Assembly: GCF_006345805.1 (NCBI RefSeq)
Contig: NC_043014.1
Span: forward strand, 47,864,001 to 47,928,000
Length of the DNA stretch: 64,000 nucleotides
Direction of reading: 5' to 3'
DNA from: Octopus sinensis
Taxonomy: Eukaryota
The number at the start of each line of letters is the position of its first letter. The stretch's first letter is position 1. The position numbers were made by a program, and so were the translations under genes. Under the pieces are notes generated by a model. It saw nothing but the letters and a program-made list of their open reading frames with translations. It did not search any database and was not told where the DNA came from. Shown in pieces: positions 12,799 to 24,120 of this stretch.

Positions 12799-13873
12799 TA
12801 CGAAAGTCTCAGGCATTGACACAGACATGAAGTTCTCTTCTGTGTTCTCTTGTTGTTTATCACATTATGCTATTATTGGTCATGCTCTCTCTCACATACA
12901 GCCTCCCCAAAATAGCAAACAGACACATCAGAAACGTCAGTTTAAACTATTGCAAACATATAGATACAACACACCGGGTCACTAATACAAAATATATAGA
13001 TATATATATATATGAGGAATCACTTCTATTCCAAACATGTTATACTTAAAATATGACTGTCCAAGTTCGATCTGCTTTCTCGAGAATATTTCATATTCTC
13101 TTGTTCATCTCCCAAATGCTAACAGATTGATGAATTTAGGAACATTAATGTTCTACATTAAATATAAAGGATGAATATGTAAAAACCCCTTAATAAAACA
13201 AAAAGCGAAACATCAACATAATTATGTATCTAGTACACACACACATGTGTGTGTAGTTACATCATAAGAATTTACAAAGTTCCAAGAGAATGTGAAATAA
13301 TTTTTCTTTGGAACTGGATCTTGAAGTTTATATATATATATATAAGCTCTGATGAAGTTGTAGGCTGATACTGAAGCACTTAACTATGAATGCATTGCAC
13401 ATTACAGCAGAAACAGTTGTAAGGTAATGAAGTACATAATATAAGTGTTTATTCCTTTGTCATCCCAATTTCTCATTACTGCCCTGCACTCGACTGACTT
13501 CATATCAAAGCATATGTATATTGAGTTCTAACACCAGAGTATCAGCATCAAAATGCTTAAACTATATATATATAATACTGTGAATAAAATAGAGGTGTGT
13601 TATGTTCTATTAATTAATCAGTCAAAAATATATAGTAAATGTACAAACGAAAAACAGACACAGAAGGTCCCCAATTCCTCATAAGTTATCGACCTGAAGG
13701 TCTGACGCAATTTCATTCCAGACCCTCTTGTCGATAACTGATGAGGATAACTTGTCCATTTTCCCTTCATGAAAATAACTGTGTCTGTTTTCCATTCATT
13801 TGTGCATTTAATGTTTTCTAACTTGCCATTCAGTGTCTGTTTTTCATTTGTGCATTTACTATACATTTTTTAA

Positions 13874-13918
<45 letters not shown>

Positions 13919-13928
13919 CACACACACA

Positions 13929-15193
13929 CAGGGTAAACCAGAAGTCAAGCTACTATTTATGGAAGTCAAAATAATTTTGGTAATAATAACTGGGTTTTTT
14001 TTTTGTCTTTTGTTTCAGATATTAAAACAAGAGCCTTTGGAAATTTATTATGGTGAAATATACTATGGCACAACAGACTAAAATTGAAGAATTTTATTTT
14101 AAAAATAGACAGCCCATTGTGCACACACATGTACCATTAGAGTATAACAAACCTGCCCTCTAACTTGACAATTATGTATCTAAATCATTGTTTCCAAAAA
14201 CAGGTTTTGTGGTCAGTGTATCATGTTCCATGTGAACCCCAGAAAACAGGAATCGCATTGAGCAAAGCATTCAGCAAGATGCAACAACATCAACTAGATG
14301 CCATTCCTGTGTGCTTGATATCCCCTCAAGCATCCGTAAAGTAACTGCGAAAGGATTTGCAAATGTACCCATAGAAGTTACAATTAGTGCAAGAGATAAA
14401 GCTGTTAGATTTATCAAGAGAATTATGTTATTTGTTTTCAATGTATGGCAAGAGACACCAATGAATTTCTTCACAAAATAATCATGAACAATGAAGCCCA
14501 TTTTCACCTCAATGGATTTGTCAATAAGCAAAACAGCAAATTTTGGGGGAATGAAAATCCAAGAGCCCTCTATCAGCATTGATTGTATCCACTTTAAGTC
14601 ACAGTTTGGTGTAGAGTGACTTGAGAAAAAATAATAAAACTCTACTTCTTTGAGGATGAGAGAAGCAATGCATTGATGACTAGTGCCTGATAACAAGAAA
14701 TGTTAGAGCAATATGTCCACCCAGTTATTCCGGACAACCCTGAGGTTTGGTGGCAGCAAGATGGTGCAACCGCGCATACTGTGACAGAGACTATGCAGCT
14801 CCCGAGAAACCTGTTTGGTGAAAGAATAATTTCAAGGATGACAGATTTTGACTGGCCAACCAATTCTCCTGATCTAACATCACCAGATTTTTTTCTGCGG
14901 ATCTATCTAATGGATCATGCATACAATGACAAATCCTGCGCAATTTGCAGCTGAAGGAAACCATTTGAACAGAAATATGAGCAATGGAATGTAACACACT
15001 GACCCGTATATTGGAAAATGCAGTTAAAAAGGGCATATGCTTGTGAAACAGCAGAGATCATTTGTTTGACAACATCTTTTATAATTAGACTAAAAAAAAA
15101 TTCAAATGTTATACTACCATTTACAGAAATGTTCTTTCAGAGATAAAAAAATGTTAAAAAGGTTTTTAAATAGTAGCATGACTTCTGCACCAT
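13929..15193 (+). mobile_element. Decayed Tc1/mariner-superfamily transposon, DD41D (rosa-like)
   Basis: WWQQDGATAH...WPTNSPDLTSPDFFL with 41 residues between the Asp residues; degenerate TIRs (cagaagtcaagctactattt / aaatagtagcatgacttctg); about 1.26 kb. Confidence 0.8.
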
Positions 15194-15412
15194 GTGAGTG
15201 TGAGTGTGTGTATAGCCACTACACACATTTTTTTTCTCTCCTTGTTTTTTTTTTTTTTCTGTGTCCCTATCTGTAGAAGGGCATAGGCTCGAAACATAAA
15301 AGACTTTTTCAATTCCTGAGTGTTATACTAATACATCTGTTTGTTTTCTACACTACCTGTCTTCGTCTTTTGTTTTTTTCGTGAACTCTCCGCACACACA
15401 CACACATACATA

Positions 15413-15832
15413 CAAGGTGTGTTATGAGCATTTATAGAACAGGTATCAAAGATAGAGAAGAGAAGGTGTTAAAAGTTTTATAAAATTTTAATCCATGCAT
15501 ATATATATATGCATAATCATATGAATATCCGAACATGTTATATGACACTCACTCCATCTAGTCTTCTGTAACAATATAATATTCTTCTGATGTATTCTTT
15601 TTGAGGTATTCTTCTTTTGCACAGAGGAGAATGGTAATATGTAATTAATTCAATTATAATTAAATTAATTTTTAATTTTTTTTCCATGTTTCTTACATGT
15701 TAATATTACCGTTCAAAACGATTGTAAGCCTGGATTAAAATTTTATAAAACTTTTAACACCTTCTCTTCTCCATCTTTGTTTGTTGAGTTTCTATAGGAT
15801 ACCTGTTCTATAAATGCTCATAGCACACCTTA
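15413..15832. mobile_element. Tc1/mariner-type MITE with long (about 85 bp) TIRs
   Basis: caaggtgtgttatgagcatttatagaacaggtatc...ttttaatcca is mirrored at 15730-15832; TA flanks. Confidence 0.75.
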
Positions 15833-15974
15833 TACTTGTAACATTTTTTTTCATATTCAAAAAATACTTACAATAGTAAGCTACCAATTTAATATGAAGA
15901 ATCTTTATTAGAAATCGAACTTTGGAACCCCGCAAAGTAAAGGATGAAATAGAACTCAACCTTTTCTCACACAC

Positions 15975-16011
<37 letters not shown>

Positions 16012-16269
16012 CAAAACAAATGAGCGCAAATGTAATTCATAAGATTCTTCAAGATGCATTGAAACAATCACTGTGATTAATAAAGAATCTTATGAATTCT
16101 AATTTTCAGTTTCTCTCATTTGTTATATACTCAATAGACACTGAGGAATTCTTGAAGAAGACCCAGTAGCATTTATATCAATACTGTGAATGACATCAGG
16201 TAGCCATAGACAGTGAAAGTGCTTTAATCGGCATACTATCAGGCGTATACCCAAGGTTTAAATAACTAC

Positions 16270-16302
<33 letters not shown>

Positions 16303-16994
16303 TCAAAAGAAGCAACAAAGATATCCAAGGTAGTGTAGTACAATTGTTTCATGCCACTTCATTTTATTAAACACTGTAAGTATTACATCAGTTTTGAAAT
16401 GTCGACCAATCTTCAGCCACATTTGATTTATATGGATAATACCATACAAAATTCTGGTGCCTTTGACTTAAGTACCATATTCATCTGAATCTAAATTTTG
16501 TTGAACTTATATATATATATATATATAACCACCAAAACAGGTATCTAGCAAAATGAGATGATTATAGCCGCTAAATTAATATATTTGAGATCCTGAAATT
16601 ATACATGCTCTAATGGCTTGGAAATTAATGCATATGCTCTATTAATAGCTCTATCATGCTGTTATACCTTGCTTGAGTAACACACCTCTATCATGCTGTT
16701 GAGATTGTACTATGGCTAGCTTAGCCATATGTTAAGACAATGTGCAATGAGTGATCCCATTCTATATTAGCTCTGTCATGCTGCTAAGGCAATATACCAT
16801 GGGTAACTGACATCTATCATGCTACTACTACACCCTAAAGGTCAATGACCTGTGACCAGCAATACTATAAGCCAAGCCTCTCGTTAAGCAACATTACCGT
16901 TCTCCTTTACAAAAGAGATAAAAGGAACTGCAATGTATAGAAAGCTATAATGTGATGATGAAGCCAAGAGAAGCTGACGAAGAAGAAGTCTTAC

Positions 16995-17144
16995 CTCCAG
17001 ACATTGGGAAATTTATATAACTTGAACAGCCATCAGGGGCACCTCTTGCTATTGTGCAATGAGGTTTGTCATAAGTGTAGTCAGGGCTCATATCAACCGA
17101 CAGTTCGTAACACAGCTGAGCATAGGAAATCCCTGAATTGCTTC
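16995..17144 (-). CDS. CBL: Cbl exon, tyrosine-containing C-terminal region: (G)SNSGISYAQLCYELSVDMSPDYTYDKPHCTIARGAPDGCSSYINFPMSG
   Basis: Perfect TACTAAC branch point (17167-17173), pyrimidine tract and tag acceptor; donor gtaaga; 150 nt, phase 1 to 1; YDxP motif as in Cbl C-termini. Confidence 0.8.
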
Positions 17145-17209
17145 CTAGTTACAGAAAGAAAGGTCAGTTAGTAAATAGGACGGCAAAGATTATGGAAAGT
17201 GAGATGGGG

Positions 17210-18065
17210 GAGATCAAGCAGGGAGAATGCTCCACCCAGGTGTCGGAGTGAGAGGAGAAGCAAACAGAAATAGTGATCCACCCATCGAAAGGAGTGAGAG
17301 GAGAAACAAGTAGGGAGGGTGGTCCACCCAGATATTGAAGTGGGAGAAGAAACAAATAGGAATGGTGGTCCACCCAGATAGTGAAGTGGGAGAAAGAACT
17401 AGCATAATGGTAGTCCACCCAAATATTGGAGTGGGAGAAAGAACAAGCAGGAGTGGTGGTCCACCAAAATATAGGAGTGAGAGGAACAAGCATGGATGGT
17501 GGTCCACCCAGATATGGGAATAGGAGAAAGAACAAGCAGGAATGGTGGTCCACTAAGGAATGAGAGTGGGTGGAGGAACAAGCAGGGATGGTTGTCCACC
17601 CAGGTATGGGAGTGGATGGAGGAAAAAGCAGGATTAGTAGTCCCCCCAGGTATGGGAATGGGTGGAGGAACAAGCAGGAATGGTTGTCTACCCAGGTATG
17701 GGAGTGGGTGGCAGAACAAGCAGGGATGGTGGTCCACCCAGGTATGGGAATGGGTGGCGGAACAAGCAGGGATGGTGGTCCACCCAGGTATGGGAATGGG
17801 TGGCGGAACAAGCAGGGATGGTGGTCCACCCAGGTATGGGAATGGGTGGCGGAACAAGCAGGGATGGTGGTCCACCCAGGTATGAGAAAGGGTGGAGGAA
17901 CAAGCAGGGATGGTGGTCCACCCAGGTATGAGAAAGGGTGGAAGAACAAGCAGGAATGGTTGTCCACCCATGAATGGGAGTGGGAAAAGGAATGAGCAGG
18001 AATGGTAGTCCACCCAGGTATGGGAATGGGTGGCGGAACAAGCAGGAACGGTAGTCCACTCGGAT
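17210..18065. repeat. 46-bp minisatellite, about 18 units (ggtatgggaatgggtggcggaacaagcagggatggtggtccaccca)
   Basis: Direct inspection; explains the overlapping repetitive ORFs 17164..18101 in both orientations. Confidence 0.95.
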
Positions 18066-18987
18066 ATAGGAAATATTTACTACAAATTTATAACTTCCCA
18101 AATTATTTCCAAGAATGTGTCAGTTGGAGTACGTTCTGTAAGTCATTATATAGACACAGGGTTCATAATAATGCAGTGTGTTGTGATGTTCATGCCTTTG
18201 TCAAGAATATTAGTGCTGCAAATTAAGCAAATTAGCTGGGTTACAGACTCAGCTTACAGTAAGGTCATCTCCACTTCATGGTACTTGATGATGATGACGA
18301 TGATGGTAGTGGTGGTGATAATGATGGTTGGGGCACACTGCGTGTGGTGCTGGAATACTGATCCAATGATTGCTGGTTCAAACCTGGCAACAGCCATTGT
18401 AACAAGTTCCTTGCAAGTGAGCAGTTGCTATAAGAATGGACATCCAGCCACAGAAGATAACCATGTTAGCCAGTCAACAGAATGATGGAGATGTATAGGG
18501 CGGGGGTGGAAGACCAAAACCATGGGAAATGGACAGAAAGAAAAAAAAGCAACCGTCACAAGTAGAAGAGGGCTCCACAGAGAGGCATCCATACATAATG
18601 GGTCCAATTGCACAAACAATATGAGTCAGTTTCTATTTCACTAAACATCAAACCTCTTTTGGATGGAGATGCATGCTTGTAAAGTATTGAAAATAAATTA
18701 TGGGGTCCTTTCTTGTCAGAGTGGTTGCCTTAATCTAGTTACCCCTCTCTCTCAAACACACACACATTTCATATACAACAATATATATATATTTTGTTTT
18801 ACTTTGAGATGGTCATCTTTTGCCAATTAAACACACACCACTATTTATTTGATCTTCACTTTAGTTTTGTTAATATTATTTTTTCAGTTTGACCAACCCC
18901 AAGTATAACTATCTGTTTCAACAAGCGTTTTCACATCAGGAAATTTGCAAAACAAATAAACATAGTATATATATATATATATATAAT

Positions 18988-19163
18988 GCAGGCATGGCTG
19001 TGTGGTAAGAAGCTTGCTTCCAAACTACATGGTTCTGGGTTCAGTCCAACAGCGTGGCACCTTGGGAAAGTGTCTTCTACTATAGCCTTGTGCCAACCAA
19101 AGCCTTGTGAGTGGATTTGGTACACAGAAACCAAAAGAAGCCCATTGTATCTATCTATCTATA

Positions 19164-19205
<42 letters not shown>

Positions 19206-19275
19206 TGTGTCCCCCACCACCATCACTTGACAACTGATGTTGGTGTGTTTACATCCCCAGAACTTAGCGGTTCAG
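18988..19275 (+). mobile_element. SINE family 1, 3'-truncated
   Basis: Same head and CORE-like block. Confidence 0.8.
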
Positions 19276-19839
19276 TTTTTTTAAATGCCACCGGCACAGG
19301 TATGTTCATGCAGCACCAACATGAGTGCATTTCATGTGGCACCAGCATCTGTAAAGGACAGGCCTGTATGTATGGATGACCGCGATTTTACCTAGCTTGA
19401 CACTTCTGAAGAACAGCAAATCGCCAGAACTTCCGGTCTCTTGTCATTCTCTCAGTGAGGCCCCAGCTTCTGAAGATCCTTTTTCACCACTTCATACCAT
19501 ATCTTCCATGGGTTCCCTCCACAATTAGAGCAAGGCACTTCTTTATGCAGTTGTCCTCATCCAATATGCATCATATGGCCAAACCAGCAATCTTCTCTCT
19601 TGCACACAACATCTGATGCCTCTTCTACTCAGTATTCCTCTTAACACTTTCACACTCTATCATGTGTGCATACTGACATTACCCATCCACCAAAGCATGT
19701 TGGTTTCATTTCTTTCAAACTTTGCAAATTCTCTGTAGTAGCATAGCTGTATGTAAAACATGGGCCTTGTTGCATGTTCAGTATAGTATTCAGAGTTAAA
19801 CTATAATTCTTTGGCATGTCTTTGGTTTAGCTCAGTCAG

Positions 19840-20110
19840 AGGAGGGAGATTAAGGACCGTGACCCTTTCCCAGAGTCTCTATGACATGTGGTAGGAGGAA
19901 AGGAGGAAGAACAGAGGGCACAACCCTTTCTAGGGATCTTGAGTAGTGGTAGAAAGGAGGGACACAGCCCTTTCCAAGGTTCTCTGTGAACAGTGGTAGG
20001 AGAAAAGGAAGGACAGAGAACAAGCCTTTCCAAGAGTCTGAGTAGTTGTGGAGAGGGAAGAAGGTTAGAGGACACGACCCTTTCTGGGGTTCTCTGTGGG
20101 TAGAGGTAGG
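19840..20110. repeat. Degenerate 40-50-bp tandem repeat (cccttt..cagagtctct...ggtaggagaaaggag)
   Basis: Recurrent ccctttc and ggtaggaggaaaggag blocks. Confidence 0.65.
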
Positions 20111-20707
20111 AAGAAAGGAGTAAGTTATCTGTTGACTGGAGACTGGCTTCTGACAGTGGATTCTATTAAAGACAGCAAAGAGCCACACCTTACAGTTGGA
20201 TCAACTGACAGTGTTTAGGACGGATCAATATTTTCATTACATGAATGAGATGGGTACTGGCTGGGGGATACCATCTGGATCAACGCTTTCATTGTATGGA
20301 TTAGATGACGAAACTATTCATTGTGTATGTGTGTGTGTTTTACTGTAGATTCAGACTGATCGATGTCTTTTAAATCAAATTGGTGGAAACTGTATGAAGG
20401 CTCATCATACAGGTGTGTATGCAAATGTACATGTATGAGTGTATATGCATATATTTCCATACATGTGAGTAACTACGTGTATATTTATGCTCCACACCAT
20501 CACAACAAACTGTTTGCGTGAAATGGTGATAATATATTTACATCCCCTGTCAATAAATTACCCTATACTTCTGTACTCTCAAAGTGAAAAAGATCCCTTA
20601 CTTGAGAATGGACTCAGGTTCAGCAAGGGATAAGTATGTGGTTTTAACATAATGCTTTCTGTAATAAGCATTTGTCCAACCCATACTAGCAGGAAAAAAC
20701 AAAAGTG

Positions 20708-20735
<28 letters not shown>

Positions 20736-20745
<10 letters not shown>

Positions 20746-20994
20746 TCATACGATATAGTGTATATTTAAACACACGAGGAATCCACTCAGAGGAATTCAA
20801 CATGCTAGAAAGAACAGCTAGGTTCTATAACCACAAAAATTAGGGATAAAATTCAATAGGAACGACATTCCTGTTGAATTTTATCCCTAATTTTTGTGGT
20901 TATAGAACCTAGCTGTTCTTTCTAGCATGTTGAATTCCTATGAGTGGATTCCTTATGTGTTTAAATATACACTATATCGTATGACTAATATATA
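20736..20994. repeat. Near-perfect 127-bp inverted repeat with a 5-nt loop
   Basis: Arms 20736-20862 and 20868-20994, loop CGACA; four mismatches counted by eye. Confidence 0.95.
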
Positions 20995-21083
20995 GTCTTT
21001 TGGACTAAATTTTACACGTTAGACCACTGGAAACGTAAATTTTAATTAATTTCCATTTCTCTTTGATATGATTAAAAGATTTT

Positions 21084-21116
<33 letters not shown>

Positions 21117-22655
21117 CATACACACACACACGCGCATTTGTATGTACATTGTGGACTCACCTGTTGTAAACAACTGATGAGGGTTCCACAAATTCTGGCC
21201 GAACCACCTGCACAGGTAATTTGTTTATAGTAATTAAGTGTTTGTGCTGTGCACAAGCTATACAGGTGCATGGTGTACCACAAGTCAGATGTCGAAGTAA
21301 CTGCAGAGCAGCATGAAATGAAGTGTTTTGCTCGAAAACACAATTCACTGTCCAGCCCAGTAGATGAAACTATAATCTTTTAATCATGAGTCCAACACCC
21401 TAACTACTAGGCCATACACCCATCACATATGCTATGTACACACACACACACACCATATTATGTACAGGTATATAGACATATTTATACAATACCTATACAC
21501 ACACACATTTATACAATGCTTTATACACATATCTATGCATCAATTTTAAGCTTTCACTACTAGTAGAAAGCTGCTCTTCTAATGAACTCTGCTCATGAAT
21601 TAGTTTTCAAAGAATATGTATAATTAAAACAAAATTTTTTTTTTAAGGGAAAGTCAAATATTTACACATTATGACATTGTGTAATTATATTTGGCTATTT
21701 ATTGCTTTAATTTGTCCATTTTTTTTTACTGGTTTAAAAAAAGAAATGTTTTATATTTTTGTGTGTGGTTTACCGTAGGTGTTGGTCGTGAGGGATTGTT
21801 GGAACTGTGAAAAGATGAGATGAAGACCATGGATTTCCTGACCTGTGATAGGGTGCTAAAAAGTTTCTCCTTTAAGGGTATCATGAAAGGCCTGGTTGGA
21901 GGCCTAACCTTCTAAGTTCTTTTACAGGGCTTCGAAAAACTGAAGGACCGCTGCAATAAGTGTGAGAATTTGAGATGGGAATATGTTGAATAAAATCATG
22001 ATTAACTACTAATCCTCTTGTATTTTCTTTTACCCAAAAGCCAGTAACTTTCCAGTATCCCCTTGTATGTCCAGTCACAATAGGGGGTCCACAAAAGTAG
22101 GTGGGAGATTATGTTTGATAAGAATTTAAATCATTAATATTGTTATTGACACACAGAAATGGGAAGTTATGTTTGATATCATTAGAGAAAAAAATCATGC
22201 AAAACCAGAGTGGCGGCTAGTTTGGATTAGAACAATGGCAATATGGAAGTGGTGAGGTGCAGTTGAAGCGGAAACACAAAGAAAAGCTCAAATAAATGAG
22301 TGTTTTGTGAAAAATAGGACAGATAAAGTACGTTTCAGCTCATCTATACTCCTATGTACTTTGTACTTTGATTTAAACACTATCTTACTGGGATACAGCA
22401 ATACTTCTACTGCTGTTATACTTACATCATGAATTTACTGAGATACCAAATTAGAGTTATACAACAACACAATAGACAACAACAACAACAAAAAAAGAAA
22501 TGATTGTGAATGTGGTTACATGTACCAGAGTGAATCAAATTATTTGTAAGACAAATTTTTTTCCTGTTGGTAGAAAAATTAGCAGCTCATGTAACACCAA
22601 GCATAGTTTCCATCTAGTAACTGCATTTATTGCCACATGTTGTCTTCCTGAAGTG

Positions 22656-23259
22656 CAGTGGTTCACAACCTTTCCACTAACAAGGACCCCGTTTATTTAA
22701 ATGAGTTTTCCCATGGGACCCCTTTTAATATGCTTATCCGCTGTGGTAAGGGATGGCTCTGTGGTAAGTAGCTTGCTTACCAACCACATGGTTCCGGGTT
22801 CAGTCCCACTGCGTGGCACCTTGGGCAAAGTGTCTTCTACTATAGCCTCGGGCCAACCAAAGCCTTGTGAGTGGATTTGGTAGACGGAAACTGAAAGAAG
22901 CCTGTTGTATATATGTGCATATATATGTTTGCATGTATGTTTGTGTGTCTGTCCCCCTAGCATTGCTTGACAACCGATGCTGGTGTGTTTATGTCCCCAT
23001 TACTTAGCGGTTCGGCAAAAGAGACCGATAGAATAAGTACTGGGCTTACAAAGGATAAGTCCCGGGGTCGAGTTGCTCGACTAAAGGCGGTGCTCCAGCA
23101 TGGCCGCAGTCAAATGACTGAAACAAGTAAAAGAGTAAAAGAGTTATGTGTATGTGTGTGTGTGTGTGTGTGTATGAAATTTTGAATTTAGTTCACGGAC
23201 CCCTGGTACTACTTTTGCGGACCACCAGGGGTCTGCAGACCATAGGTTGGGAACCACGG
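22656..23259. mobile_element. hAT-type MITE interrupted by a SINE (22752-23144)
   Basis: TIRs cagtggttcacaacct / aggttgggaaccacgg; TSD degenerate. Confidence 0.55.
22752..23144 (+). mobile_element. SINE family 1
   Basis: Near full-length copy with tail. Confidence 0.9.
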
Positions 23260-24120
23260 CTCTGGTGGCTGTTTATATCACTAGACATTACCATCTAGTC
23301 TCTACAGAGCAGGTTCAAACATGGAATACCAGTTAAGTAGTCATTGTTCTTATTTACCATGCATGTAACTCTGTTTTTGCTAATTTCCAAAGTAAATGTT
23401 CAGTAATCATTTCTCTTTATATTAGTAATTTGTTACAATAGAGATCTTAAAAATACAAAACTTTTCAACATATTTCATCTACCGTTGCACAATTTAATTT
23501 TAATTTTTTTTTTTTTTTACCATCAGAAAAAACATTTTCAGATAAGATATGAGCCAAACATCCATTGCTTCTTGTATTTTTAGACAGTTCGTAGCAACAA
23601 AACATTGTTTCTATGCTATAATAAAACAATTGCCATTTCAAATATGAGATACCAGAGAGACACTGCATACAGACATGTGCATGCACTGGGGTCGATGTAA
23701 TCGACTTAATTTGTTTGTCTGTCCTTGTTTGTCCCCTCTGTGTTTAGCCCCTTGTGGGTAATAAAGAAACACATATATATGCTAGGGTGCCAGTGTTGTC
23801 ATTAATCATTTCTATCTTCAATAATGACAGTAAATATATTTACCTTAAATGTATTGAAATCAACAAAGAAAAGCTAAACTACAAACAGCTTCATCTGATT
23901 TTAAATAGAGACATTGATATGTAGTAGACTTTGCAAAACAATCTTGAAAAAAAAAAAACAATTTTTTTTTTTGTTCAATAGTATTCTTAACAAACTGAAA
24001 ATTTCGAAAATTATGGAGAAATGACCACACAACAATGCAGAGCTTTTGCAGGTAACTTTTAACTGAATATTTTGTTCTCAAAAAGTTTCCTGTAGTGGCA
24101 CTTATTTTATCTGTCCTGCC

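Noticed and set aside
13660-13770. Minus-strand frame MDKLSSSVIDKRVWNEIASDLQ
   Set aside because: Weak splice sites, phase 1 to 0 is incompatible with the flanking Cbl exons, and no family was recognised.
16648-16825. CRISPR-like short repeats with unique spacers
   Set aside because: Eukaryotic intron, only four degenerate 13-bp repeats, irregular spacing and no cas genes. Kept only as a GCAUG cluster.
17164-18101. Overlapping long ORFs (up to 267 aa) on both strands
   Set aside because: They come from the 46-bp minisatellite. Unit length is not a multiple of 3, no splice sites join them to Cbl, and no domain is recognisable.
18430-18640. Minus-strand frame containing GLPPPPYTSP (PY motif)
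   Set aside because: No phase 1 acceptor or donor fits, and the frame ends in a stop.
21174-21205. CTGATGAGGG...CCGAAC on the plus strand
   Set aside because: GAAC instead of GAAA, and no stem I or III.
23101-23144. SINE1 3' end AGTC-AAAT-GACT-GAAAC-AA-GT-A looks like half a hammerhead
   Set aside because: No CUGANGA box upstream; more likely the LINE-recognition stem-loop of the SINE tail.
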